Assembly: GCA_951406725.2 (NCBI GenBank)
Contig: OX597831.1
Location: 45,446,001 to 45,510,000, forward strand
From: Octopus vulgaris
Taxonomy: Eukaryota
Direction: 5' to 3'
Length of the DNA: 64,000 bases
Made by a program: the position numbers and the translations under genes. Under the pieces are notes generated by a model. That model was not told the DNA's origin. It did no database searches and saw only the letters and a list, made by a program, of their open reading frames with translations. Below, piece by piece: positions 27,851 to 39,784 of this stretch. Position 1 is the first letter of the stretch; the number at the start of each line of letters is the position of its first letter.

Positions 27851-28517
27851 CAACAGTTGGTTGTTGTTGGGGCAGATGGAATCGCCATCAAGAACCAACA
27901 ACACAAGGGAAAAATAATAAGCAATAACATTATTAATAAAATAAAGGAAGGAGAAATTGTGAAAGGGGCCAGAAACAGGACGAGAAGCAGAGAGAGAGAG
28001 AGAGAGAGCGAACGAGTTGTGTATTATTTGCAACAGTAGCCATCGCCGCCGACTGGACTCTTTAAATAAAGACCGAACAGAAGACAGACAGAGAAAGCAA
28101 TCATAACACATAAAATGTCTTATGTATAGTTTAAAAACACAAAACTAGCGGTGACAGTGGCCAACCAGACTAAGAAAGGCAACGAAGAGAAAAATTGGCG
28201 ATAATGCGAGGGAAATAAACACTAAAGTAAATAGATTTTCAGCCCTTCATTATCAACAAAACAGATAGTCTGTGCAATCCCCCCACTAGAGATCAACGCA
28301 CCATTTGGTCATCGTAGGTCATTCTGACAACGCTAGGATTTGGACGGACACCGATTGTTAAATATTTGGAATATCTGCACGACAATTTATTAAAGTGGAT
28401 TCAAAAGCGATTGATAATAGCAGAGATGTTGAGAAGAAAGTGTTATTAAAAATAAGGAATGGGTAAAACTAGACAAAATGGCGACCTAGATTGGGTTCGA
28501 ACACGCTGAAAGCTTAC

Positions 28518-28560
28518 CTTTCGTTCAGACTATCCCAAGATTGGCAGCCGGCAGCAAGAG
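28518..28560 (-). other. Candidate non-coding first exon of the minus-strand gene
   Basis: Consensus donor AAG|GTAAGC at 28517; YY1-like CAAAATGGCG at 28474-28483; CpG-rich surroundings. Confidence 0.5.
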
Positions 28561-29130
28561 TATCAATATATAGCATAACTCTATGCGAGATATAGGTTTG
28601 GGAATTTTTTTTTAATAACTTCAGAAGAAGTTAAAACACTATTAGTCCATAAAATGTACTTTTAATTAAAACACGCCGTCAGACATATTCAATTCTCTTT
28701 GTAGTAGACAAATTACTCAACTCTTAGCATACACAGTATCGTTACGCGTAAGCGTTATTCCGTTTTGGATTTAATTTTCTCCAGTAAAAAAATATGCATA
28801 TTTTCTGTAAGCAAATTAATGTATCCTTTAATTAATTTGGGAAATTTTAATCCGATTGCTGTATTATCAAGAAAACAAATCAATAATAATATCTCCCAAC
28901 GTAACTCATTTTTGTAAGCGGCAGAACACATAGCAACGTTCCGTTCCTCGGCCAAGTATTTTCGTCTTTTTTTTCCCTTTCGTTTGGGACCATTGTCATT
29001 AAAGTGAAGGAGGGGGATACGCACGTGATTTACAGGTTCCTTGAATATTATCCAATGGCAGGGCTCCATTTAGTTAAGGCCGTAAATGATTGACAGACAT
29101 TTTAGTAATTTTATCCAATGAAAAGAGGTT
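28560..29130. promoter_or_regulatory. Housekeeping-type promoter region
   Basis: E-box CACGTG 29022-29027; CCAAT 29052-29056 and 29115-29119; PBX-PREP/MEIS decamer TGATTGACAG 29087-29096; locally CpG-rich and free of repeats. Confidence 0.55.
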
Positions 29131-30899
29131 ATTCAGGAAAGAAGGTGTTAACTAACGAGACTTCATTATAATTACTGTAACCTCACTACTACCATTAAGC
29201 TGTTAGCTTCGTTCAGCTTCCTCTTTGCTGCAGCAATGTTTACTGCTAGCCGATCGCTCTTTCCTCTTTTGATGGATTTTCTTGCAGTATTTATATAACA
29301 CGGTGGGTAGCCTTATAGTACACTCAACGCACAGCTTCACTCACTTTATACCGAAGTCTATAACCTTAAAGAGAAAAAGCGAAGATAAGCTACACAGGGA
29401 AGAGTTTGACCTGTTTCTCGCTATAACCTTTATTAGGTTACTGAGATAAACACAATTTTTTCTTGTCTCCGAGCAAATATTTTTTTTATATCTTGCAGAA
29501 TAATAAAGTGTAATAAAAATAAAAGTTTAATATTATTCTTGGCAAACTTATTACGATGGTAGAATTTCTAAATTGATGCTAGTGGAAATTTATTTTTGAA
29601 AGTCCTCCATAGAATAAGAAATATAGATAAAATCCATTTATTTAATACGGTTAACGGAGGGAGTCCAAGTTTGATCCGCATCTATACAATGATAGTCGTT
29701 CGAAAGGATTGACTAAATTTTATTTAATTCTGCATGGCATTCGAAAATTAAATATTCAGTGATTATTTGCTGTTTCATTAGATACATGTTTGTCAACTAA
29801 CTGAGAAAAGCTCGATTGAATGAACCTGTTGTAAGTTCGATATACGGTCAATGCGGTCAGCTACTGTTGTTTTCCTTAAGATAGAGAGATAAACACTCGA
29901 TATTTTGTTTCCTACTCTAAAGTAATACATCTCTAATAGTATCCTAGTATAGAAGTGGATGATGAGGTAATATGTCTGTTTGAACAGGGAATCTTCGTGT
30001 TAAGTCGAGTGATTATAGGGAGAAGAGGAAAGATGTCATATACATAAGGGTAGGGATATCGCAGCTTACAGCTATCACATTACACGAAATAATTTTCAGA
30101 GGGGCCTCTACATTATTGCTGGAATATATATTTAGAAGGGGATTGTAGTACTGAAAGAAGGTTACGGAACACTGGACTGGGTCGGATATTAAGGTAGTTC
30201 TTAGGTTAGCTTGTAGATGTCTATTATTTCGTTTCGTTGTTTATATTATAGTTCACAAGCCCGTAGCCGGAAAGTTTAACTTGTTTAGGACGTTTAGATA
30301 GTTTCTGGAAACTTACCTGACACGAAAAACCAAACAAGAACAGGATTATTGAATAAGTCAAAAGTAGTTATTAAATCCCAGGCAGGCCTGACCCATCAGA
30401 TGTGCTCAAAGGCATTTCAATCGTGACTGATCTACCCGTTTTCAAGTGAAGTGTACTGCAGACAACATTGGCCAACATGTTCTTTTCTTAAGGAACAGAA
30501 GGAGATTTGACTGCCATTTCTAACAGGCCAGGCAACTACGTAGAAGCTCCTGGCTTTGATGACAGTGTTGAAGGGGCTGATGTTAAACAAGAGGCGACAG
30601 ATGATTGGGAAACTACAAACTCGTCCGACTAAGGTTGAGAAGCGAAAAGAATGTGAAGGAAGAATGAAAGGCTTTTGCAAAAGGCTGTCAACTGCGGAAC
30701 CGGCTTCTGACAACACGTTCAACACTTTCTTTCATCTAGATATGTGCTTTATAGCACTTGATATTGAAGATCTTCCATTGGATGTCATTTACAATAAAGT
30801 TTTTTGTTCTCAGTGACCCTCTAAGAATTTTGGGAATATGGTAGGTAAACTACTTCAATGATTTCGTCATGGCGTTCAACAAACGTTGGATATACTCAT

Positions 30900-31090
30900 T
30901 TTACGTTTTGGCTGGGGGACATCTACTTTGAAGGGACGAAGCAGTCGATTACATCGACCCAAGGCTCAATTGGTACTTATTTTATCAAAGCAAAATCTAC
31001 CTCGGCAGCATTTGAACTCAGAACGCAAAGACAGACGAAATGCTGTTAAGAATTTTGTCCAGGGTACTAACGATTCTTCCAGCTCGACCC
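30900..31090 (-). mobile_element. SINE family A, degenerate
   Basis: gtcgattacatcgaccc...ggtacttattttatc...atttgaactcagaacg. Confidence 0.7.
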
Positions 31091-31655
31091 CCTACCCACC
31101 CACTCACCTTGACGTAGTCCGAAATAATATAGACTTTTATACAATTATGTGGTTGACTGATCCGCATTGTATCTCTTACTTCTAGGTATTGGAGCATCCC
31201 TTGTGGTTTCAACCAGACTGTGGTTACTAAGTACGCAAAACTGTATTTTTAGTGGCTTAGTCAGAAAGGCTGGGTAGTGCCTATAACCTACTTGTACCAC
31301 GAGAGCGGTAAGATCAAAATGGCTGATGTTCACTTTGAACATGAAGGTCTATCAGTAGGAAAATGTCGGCGAAGCGGGTGCGGGAATCTAGAGGATTGAA
31401 GCTCTGGGGGCTAAAAAGATTGGGGAAAGCGGTTAGTGCTGGGTTTGGCAGATTGGGATGGCTTGTCCAGGAGAGCATAGTCCGTTGTAATAAAGATAGA
31501 AGAGACAGAATTAAGATGTAATGAGGGGAAGGCAACAAATTGGGTGGGTCGTTACAACATCAGATAAACTGCCTAATAGTGTTCGGTCTAGTTCGTCTTT
31601 CATAGTTTCGGGGCCTCTGAACAAAGAGCCAGCCAAATCAATATTAGGGCGGAGA

Positions 31656-31656
<1 letters not shown>

Positions 31657-31686
<30 letters not shown>

Positions 31687-31710
31687 CTTCTTCTTCTTCT
31701 TCTTCTTCTT
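31657..31710. repeat. (CTT)n microsatellite
   Basis: Direct reading; source of the poly-E and poly-S ORFs. Confidence 0.95.
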
Positions 31711-32108
31711 GGAGAAGAATGGGCCCCTTTGACTCCATCAGATTGAGAGCCCAAGGAGCAAGACAGCATGTCGGTGGGAAAGAAGTTGTGAGTTGATATT
31801 TATGAATCAACTATATAGCCTTCTATTGGATACGGACTAGGATGTGTGTGTGTGTGTGTAACAGTGGCACTCCATCGTACAGAACCAATAACTAAATATA
31901 GTCGAAGTGTTTCTTTCTCTGAAAAAGGACGTTAGTCTTTGGGATGCTGACTTTTGCTATGTTGTATATGTGTATTGTCAGGAAAGACCATCAGAGAGTG
32001 CAAACCCTAGCATTTATAACAGCCTTGAGGATTTTAATCCATTGCGTTCACTTCGTGACTAGAGAGGGTGAAGTATAAGCTAGCCTGTGAAAAGATACAG
32101 ACCAGGCT

Positions 32109-33313
32109 GCCCATATCACCCGGTAATAAACCCTGGACCAGATAGGAAATTTTGGCCCATATTACCTGGTAATAAACCCTGTGCTAGATGTAAACTGTAC
32201 GCCCATAATACCTGGTAATAAACCCTGGGCCAGATGGGAAATGTAGGCCCATATCACCTGGTAATAAACCCTGGTCCAGATGTGAATTGTACGCCCATAT
32301 TACCTGGTAATAAACCCTGGGCCAGATGAGAAATGTAGGCCCATATTACCTGGTAATAAACCCTGGACCCGATGGGAAATGTTGGCCCATATCACCTGGT
32401 AATAAACCCTGTGCCAGATGTGAATTGTACGCCCATATTACCTGGTAATAAACCCTGGGCCAGATGTGAAATGTAGGGCCATATTACCTGGTAATAAACC
32501 CTGGACCCGGTGGGAAATGTTGGCCCATATCACCTGGTAATAAACCCTGTGCCAGATGTGAAGTGTACGCCTATATTACCTGGTAATAAACACTGGGCCA
32601 GATGTGAAATGTAGGCCCATATCACCTGGTAATAAGCCCTAGGTCAGATGTGAAATGTAGGCCCATATTATCTGGTAATAAACCCTGGGCCAGATGTGAA
32701 ATGTAGGCCCATATCACCTAGTAATAAACCTTGGGCCAAATGTGAAATGTAGGCCAATATCACCTGGTAATAAACCCTGTGCCAGATGTAAAGTGTAGGC
32801 CCATATCACCTGGTAATGGACCCTGGGCCAAATGTGAAATGTAGGCCCATATCACCTGGTAATAAACCCTGGACCAGATGTGAATTGTACGCCCATATTA
32901 CCTGGTAATAAACCCTAGGTCAGATGTGAAATGTAGGTCCATATCACCTGGTAATAAACCCTGTGCCAGATGTGAAGTGTAGGCCCATATCACCTGGTAA
33001 TGGACCCTGGGCCAAATGTGAAATGTAGGCCCATATCACCTGGTAATAAACCCTGGACCAAATGGGAAATGTTGGCCCATATCACCTGGTAATAAACCCT
33101 GTGCCAGATGTGAAGTGTAGGCCCATATCAACTGGTAATGGATCCTAGGCCAAATGTGAAATGTAGGCCCATATTACCTGGCAATAAACCCTGGGCCAGA
33201 TGTGAATTGTACGCCCATATTACCTGGTGATAGACCCTAGGCCAAATGTGAAATGTAGGCCCATATCACCTGGTAATTAACCCTAGGCCAAATGTGAAAT
33301 GGGGATCCATATC
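32109..33313. repeat. 46-bp minisatellite, about 26 copies
   Basis: Unit GCCCATATCACCTGGTAATAAACCCTGGGCCAGATGTGAAATGTAG; CCC anchors at 32110, 32156 and 32202 give a period of 46. Confidence 0.97.
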
Positions 33314-33817
33314 TTGAATTGCTCATTTAGCATTTCAGTAAACAAATCGTATTATGTACGAATAGATTACATTTGCCATTAAGTATTTCATTTCTGTTCA
33401 GTGCAGAGTCGTAGCCAGGTTCCACTGCTAGGGAGAACGAGCACATAAAGAAGGTGCCGTGGCTCATACCAAACAATTTTAAAATCATTTCTCTTATATT
33501 GCGCGAAATATTTCATACGTACTTGTATCCTACATTCATTAATTTCATGTTTCCGTTACAGTGTCATTATGTACGAAACCTACAATTACTGATATAGGTA
33601 ACTAAGGAGTTTCAAAAATTTGTTGAAAAGGCGCCAATTTTGTAAAACGTACTAGAAAAACGTACTCATGGGGAACAGTGGCTCCCTTTGCTTGCCTATT
33701 AGCTACGTGACTGGTTCAGCGGCCGCAACCAAGATGCGCTTTACCATTCCGAGTCAGGAATTTCCGTACTACATTAACATCGGTAGGTCTTCATTTTCAT
33801 GTCTCTTATTGTTATTT

Positions 33818-33821
<4 letters not shown>

Positions 33822-33879
<58 letters not shown>

Positions 33880-34680
33880 GTTGTTGTTGTTGTTGTTGTT
33901 GTTGTTATTACAATTGAGTAAGAGAGCAGCACACACCTTCAAAGTGGCGCTGGGGTACAACTATACGAAACCCAATATACCCGTCATGATTACCGGTCTG
34001 ATAAGGGTACATCAGGGATGTGCATTAAAACAATGTGCGCGACATGGTGATCTCATATCAAAATAAAAAGCGCATAACATTGCAGGTGGGGCCCAGTTTA
34101 GAATTTTCAATGGGAAAGAGTGTTCTCTATGCCCATCGTTCAGAAAGCTGGCCTTGTTGACTTCGAAGTACTTGATTGCCATTTGTTTTGAAGTTTGTCA
34201 CAAGCACTCCAGGTTTATTATCCGTTGCATGACAGAAAGTTTTTCTTTCAGACAGTAGCATATGAACCAATGTACATGGTGCGACCCAAAAAAACCTCAG
34301 ATACACCATCCTTGATAATATATATATATCAATAGCCAACAAGCACTGTACACTAGATCGAACCATGACAGTGACTTTAAAAAAAGAGAGAAAGAAATTA
34401 AACATAAGCTACATGAAGACACCATTTCTACATGCCTAACTTCATAGGCGTCACACCAATGGGAAGTTTTTCTGTCGCAACCTTCACTTGAAATCATTGA
34501 CACCATTGAATTTAGTGCCATCACTGGAACAAATTGGCAAGTAACTTGCACGCTCTTCGATGGTCAGGTCAGCTTCACTACATCTAGCCTCAAAGATTTA
34601 CAACTCTATGCGTTTTAATAGAATTTCCCTTCACACTGGTTCCATTCTACGACGGAAGCAGAACAGCTTCCACAAAATAA
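33822..34680 (-). mobile_element. Degenerate LINE 3' end (probably RTE) with (TAA/CAA)n tail
   Basis: (TTA)n/(TTG)n at 33822-33910; KSLSWFDLVY...QG weakly resembles RTE RKLxWFGHV...QG. Confidence 0.4.
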
Positions 34681-34689
34681 TAATAGTGC

Positions 34690-35085
34690 GACCATGAGAT
34701 TGAAAATAGGAAGCCGGACATAGTCTTAATTGAGAAAGAAACATAGCATGCCCAGTTGACAACAAGGTCTGCGACAAGGAAGAAAGAGAAGTCGAGAGAT
34801 ATGACAGGTTAGCTTGGGAAGATAAGCAGTTCTGGTCAATGAAAAAGGTAGCAGTAGTACCAATAATTGTTGGAGCCCTGGAAACAGTGAGCAAAAATCT
34901 CGAGAAGTACGTGGAACAAATAGGGACTGCAATAAGGGTGGAGCACTTGCAGAAAACAGCACTGCTTGGAACCGTTCGAATTCTCCGGAAGGTGCTCGAA
35001 AAATAAGAGGTGTTACCTTAGTTCACTGGTAGTGAACAGCTGACACTGTAGTACATCTCCAGCATTAGAAGCTGTGCAAAGGCAA
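34690..35085 (+). mobile_element. RLE non-LTR retrotransposon (R4/Dong-like) 3' fragment
   Basis: DIACPVDNKVCDKEEREVERYDRLAWEDKQFWSMKKVAVVPIIVGALETV...LQKTALLGTVRILRKVLE; followed by (GAC)/(GAT)n. Confidence 0.9.
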
Positions 35086-35098
35086 CGACGACGACGAC

Positions 35099-35166
<68 letters not shown>

Positions 35167-35183
35167 GGATGATGATGATGATA
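35085..35183. repeat. (GAC)n(GAT)n microsatellite
   Basis: Direct reading. Confidence 0.95.
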
Positions 35184-35955
35184 GTAAAAAATCAAGCAGC
35201 CAGTGTCTGAGAAGTTCAAGACTGAAAGCAGAGACTGAAGGTTTCATATTGGCGGTACAAGACCAAAGCTTGCTCACAAAATCTACCAGGCTAACGTTCT
35301 CTGGATGTCCTGTGCTGACACCAAACGAATATAAAAATAGCCATGGACAGTATTTACATAGGAAAATATGTAAACACTACAAAATCAGCGCTCCTAATCA
35401 CTGGTACGAACATCATCCTGAGCCAGTCGTTGAAGGTAAAAATGTCACTATCCTCTGGAATTTTCCAGTCAACACTGACGGAACGATCCATGCTAATCGA
35501 CCAGACATAATTATTAGAGACAGGGAAGAAAACACTTGTAGACTAATAGATGTAAGTGCTTCCACTGATAAAAATATATGTCAAGGAATTTGACAATTAA
35601 GTGAAAGTGAAATACAAAAGATGTGGCATCTTAAAATGAGAACTGTTCCTGTTATTATAGGTGCCCTTGGTATGATAAAAAAAAAAGGGTGGATGTCAGA
35701 AACATCTAGATAAAATTCCAGGAGAACCATGTCTCAGAGAAATCCAAAAGATTATGCTCACAAGTACTGCCCACATCCTTAGAAAAACCCTACCCTTTTA
35801 AATGTCTGCGTTGCATCACATGAAGATATTCCACTACCTCCCTTTCTGCAGCTTTCAGTCATATTTGAACATCTCTTATCCTTCACACGCCCCAGGACGC
35901 AGGGTGTGTCTCGGCAAGTGACTATACCAAATACGCAGATTAAAAGTAAAAATAA
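35184..35955 (+). mobile_element. RLE non-LTR retrotransposon (R4/Dong-like) 3' fragment, second subfamily
   Basis: LKAETEGFILAVQDQSL...WYEHHPEPVVEGKNVTILWNFPVNTDGTIHANRPDIIIRDREENTCRLIDVS (RLE PD-D motif); ends in (AAT)n. Confidence 0.9.
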
Positions 35956-35977
35956 TGATAGAAAATAATAATAATAA

Positions 35978-36190
35978 TGGTTTCAAATTTTGGTACAAGG
36001 CCAGAAATTTCGGAGGAGTGCAGAAATCGATTACATCAACCCCAGTGGTGAACTGGTACATATTTTATCGACCCCGGAAGTATAAGAGGCAAAGTCAACC
36101 GCGGCGGAATTTAAACTCAGAACATAAAGAGGGACGAAATGCAGCTAAACCTTTTGCCCGGCGTGCTAGCTATTCTGCAAACTTGCCGCC

Positions 36191-36191
<1 letters not shown>
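35978..36191 (-). mobile_element. SINE family A
   Basis: tttatcgaccccggaag...ggcaaagtcaaccgcggcggaatttaaactcagaac. Confidence 0.85.
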
Positions 36192-36221
<30 letters not shown>

Positions 36222-36255
36222 AACTACTACTACAACAACAACAACAACAACAACA

Positions 36256-36290
<35 letters not shown>

Positions 36291-36318
36291 AACTACTACT
36301 ACAACAACAACAACAACA

Positions 36319-36365
<47 letters not shown>

Positions 36366-36366
36366 A

Positions 36367-36455
<89 letters not shown>
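36191..36455. repeat. Compound (CTA)/(CAA)/(TAA)n microsatellite
   Basis: Direct reading. Confidence 0.95.
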
Positions 36456-36456
<1 letters not shown>

Positions 36457-37375
36457 GTTTAGGGTGGTATATAAAAAATGCTGTGGAGTCACTATTGAAA
36501 CACATGAAGAAGGTCGGCGTCATCAAAGCTGAAAATTGTATTATGAAAGAAAAATTTAAACAAGAAATTAATACAAAATAAGAAAAAAGCATGGAAGGAA
36601 AAGAAAATGTCCGGTCTGTTTGCAAGAGATGTGAATGCGAAGACAGATACTGGAGACCGGTGGCTATGTATGAGGAGTGACCTGAAGATAGAGACAGAAG
36701 CATTCATATGCACAGCTCAAGAACAAGCGTTAAGGACCAATTATATGGCGTACAGAATAGACAACACTACCGACAGCGACAAATGCAGAATGTGTGGTGA
36801 GAAGGGTGAAACAGTATGGCACATCGTTAGCGAATGCCCGAAATTGGTACAACGCGAATATAAAAGACTCCATGACAATGTAGTAAAATGATCCATTGGG
36901 AGCTCTGTGGAAATCATGGCCTACAAAGGGCGAAGACGTGGAATGAGAAAACTCCAGAATGAGTCACCGAAAATGAGAATTGCAAAATCCTGTGGGATGC
37001 AACGATTCAGTGCGATCACCCGACCAGACATCGGAAACTGGATATTGTTTGGTGAATAAAAAAGACAGCACATGTATGATAATCGACATAGCATGCCATG
37101 GTGACAACAGAACCAATGTGAAAGAAGAAGAAAAAATAAACAACTATGACGATTTGAAGTGGGAAATACGAAGATTGTGGTCAATGAAGAGAGTAGACGT
37201 GATACCAATAGTAATTGGTGCACTTGGAAGTATCAGCACTCAACTTCCAACATGGATGAAAAAAAGACTGGTGAAAGTGTGAAAGTCGAACACCTACAAA
37301 AATCAGCATTGCTTGGAACTGCAAGAATTCTTCGCAGGGTTCTTGAAGCATGACCAGTAAACAAGTGTCACCTTA
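36456..37375 (+). mobile_element. RLE non-LTR retrotransposon (R4/Dong-like) 3' fragment with CCHC knuckle
   Basis: LKIETEAFICTAQEQALRTNY...CRMCGEKGETVWHIVSECPKLVQREYKRLHD...ILWD...DIACHGD...LQKSALLGTARILRRVLEA; contains stops and a frameshift; starts right after (AAT)n. Confidence 0.92.
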
Positions 37376-37579
37376 AGGCGGTGAGCTGGCAGAATCGTTA
37401 GCATGCTGGACGAAATGCTTAGCAGTATTTCGTCCGTCGCTACGTTCTGAGTTCAAATTCCGCCGAGGTCGACTTTACCTTTCATCCTTTCGGGGTCGAT
37501 AAAATAAGTACCAGTTGAACACTGGGGGTCAATGTAATCGACTCATCCCCACCCCCTCCAAGTTGTCCTTGTGGCAAAA

Positions 37580-37655
<76 letters not shown>

Positions 37656-37875
37656 GATTGATGCGGTGAACTGGCAGAATCTTTAGCTCACTGGACGAAA
37701 TGCTTAGCAGTATTTCGCCCATCCTTACGTTCTGAGTTCAAATTCCGTCGAGCTCAACTTTGCCTTTCATCCTTTCGGGGTCGATTAAATAAATACCAGT
37801 TACGCTCTGGAGTCGATGTTGTCGACTGAATCCCTTCTCCCAAATTTTAGGCCTTGTGCCTACAGTAGAAAGGGT
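37376..37875 (+). mobile_element. Two tandem SINE family A copies separated by (TTA)n
   Basis: ggcggtgagctggcagaatcgttagc...gttcaaattccgccgaggtcgactttacctttcatcctttcggggtcgataaaataagtaccag; repeated from ~37660. Confidence 0.9.
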
Positions 37876-37889
37876 TATCATTATTATTA

Positions 37890-38068
37890 TTGCCTTTGTA
37901 CAGCTTCTAAACGCTGGAGATGTGCTACAGTGTCAGCTGTTCACTACCAGTGAACTAAGGTAACACCTTTTATTTTTCGAGCATCTTCCGGAGTATTCGA
38001 GCGGTTCCAAGCAGTGCTGTTTTCTGCAAGTGCTCCACCCTTATTGCAGCCCCTATTTGTTCCACGTA
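37890..38068 (-). mobile_element. Short R4/Dong-like 3' end, inverted near-identical copy of ~34905-35085
   Basis: Shared antisense ORF MLFSASAPPLLQxLFVPRT and the same 3' UTR hairpin gttcact-ggt-agtgaac. Confidence 0.88.
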
Positions 38069-38441
38069 CCATTTTCATCTACCGGGCTGCTCAGATAGTA
38101 ACACTCCATGATCACAGCATTAATTTACTTGCTCCATCTACGCCGTATGTGGTGGTCCCTTACTGGATATCGACAGGCTGGAACCGGATCAGAATCTCTG
38201 AGCCTACCGGATGTAACACTGTCACCATCATTGGTTTTAGTTTCATTACCACCGTTATCCACAATATTTCATTTTTTCATTGTCACTCATATTAGGTAGC
38301 GATTATCAGGTTGCGCAATTACCAGTGTTTTTATTGTGACACTATCATTAGATGTATCATTAATCAGCTCATGAGGGGAAGGAGGAGGCTCCACTCGTTT
38401 CCTTTCATGAGGAGGCTCCACCCGTTTGGTTGTTGTTGTTG

Positions 38442-38477
<36 letters not shown>

Positions 38478-38480
<3 letters not shown>

Positions 38481-39616
38481 GCAAATCTACCCATCTACGA
38501 TGTGGAGGGAAGCCATAACAGCAGTATGTATTGAGAAATGTGTAAATGGACTTGATAGATTATTGGGTAATGTCTTAGAGAAATCACATTATCGTTGGTG
38601 ATACAGCATTCTATTGCAGCTATATGACATGTGTTTGCCACTAAGTGACATGTGATGACGATTCACTCCCGAACTGAAATAGGCTCCCAACCTTTGTATC
38701 ATGAATGTTTATGTGGACCACTCCAAACGAAAGCCAGAGCTTCCTTCGACCACTACATAAAAAAGTATTAAGAAAAAAATGTTATTTAGATATACTTTTA
38801 TTTTAGCTGTTTACACTATTTTACACTTATTTATACTCATAGACATTCAAGGTTCACAAATTTCCTTAATTCAATTATGAATCATATTCCTTTCGATAAT
38901 ATCAATATGACCACAAAACTTCTTTGTATACGATATTTTCTGTTGGTCGTCATTAATTTTCAAATTACTGGAGTCCGTTGCTCTACTCATAGCGACATAT
39001 AACTGGCTATGTGTAAACATCGGAGTAGGTAAAATGCATCTACATGATCTAAAGTCTGTCCCTGTGCCTTGTTTGCTATGAATGACCGAGCGCAATCTTT
39101 AGGGTTGCAAAAAACCAAACTAAGACTTATCTCTCGCTGTTCTATGCGTATAATGTCTGGATGTTCTGGTACCATGGGTTATTTTGATTGACAAAACTGA
39201 GATGTAAACAACAGCCGCTTCGACTAACCGTTTCGAATCCTACTCGAGACTGGCACACTTCAAAAACCACTAAATAATCACACACACTATATACTGGCAC
39301 ACATTTTTTACATTTTATTTTCGCTATTAACCGTCCTCGCGACTCCCTTCGTATACACGATGGGGTCACGAACCATCATATTGATGAAAATCCAGAGTTA
39401 CTCGTGGTCGGTGAATTTTTAATAAAAATGCGAAGATGGTTTATCAATTCAAAAATCGATATCCACGAAATAATCATACTTTCTGATTTTTTTTATTGCT
39501 AGAAACCTTCCTGACGACCGTCTTTGTAATCCTGAAAAATATCGTAACCACTGGTCCATCCGTCTGGCCGTGGAGAGGGAACAGACAAAGAGACGGACAT
39601 AACGCCCATTATAAGA
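38478..39616 (-). mobile_element. Non-autonomous Helitron with Pif1 helicase C-terminal relic
   Basis: IANKAQGQTL and PMFTHSQLYVAMSRA (Pif1 motifs V/VI) at ~38900-39090; 5' TC end at 39616; 3' hairpin remnant plus CTAA at 38478. Confidence 0.85.
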
Positions 39617-39784
39617 TAGCAAATCTGCCCATCTACGATGGGAAATAAAGGGATAATCTCTCAAATCTAAACCCTCTAAATTCATACTGAGAAACCCAGA
39701 GTTAATCCTCGTCGCCGGAATTTTCACAAAAAAATCAAAGGTGATTTATTAATACAAAAGTCAATATCCACTAAATAATCATAC
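39617..39784 (-). mobile_element. Second shorter Helitron copy, joined head-to-tail and interrupted by a solo LTR
   Basis: Hairpin CCCATC-TAC-GATGGG at 39628-39642 plus CTA end; 39680-39784 is homologous to 39380-39480. Confidence 0.75.

Noticed and set aside
29950-31620. Possible LINE-derived coding relics (also 45450-46950)
   Set aside because: No diagnostic motif recoverable by eye; needs a translated search against a repeat protein library.
35955-36492. Poly-Y/T/S/N ORFs; similarly poly-E/S at 31.5-31.8 kb, poly-L/N at 33.7-34.0 kb and poly-H at 35.0-35.3 kb
   Set aside because: Trinucleotide microsatellites without splice or codon support.
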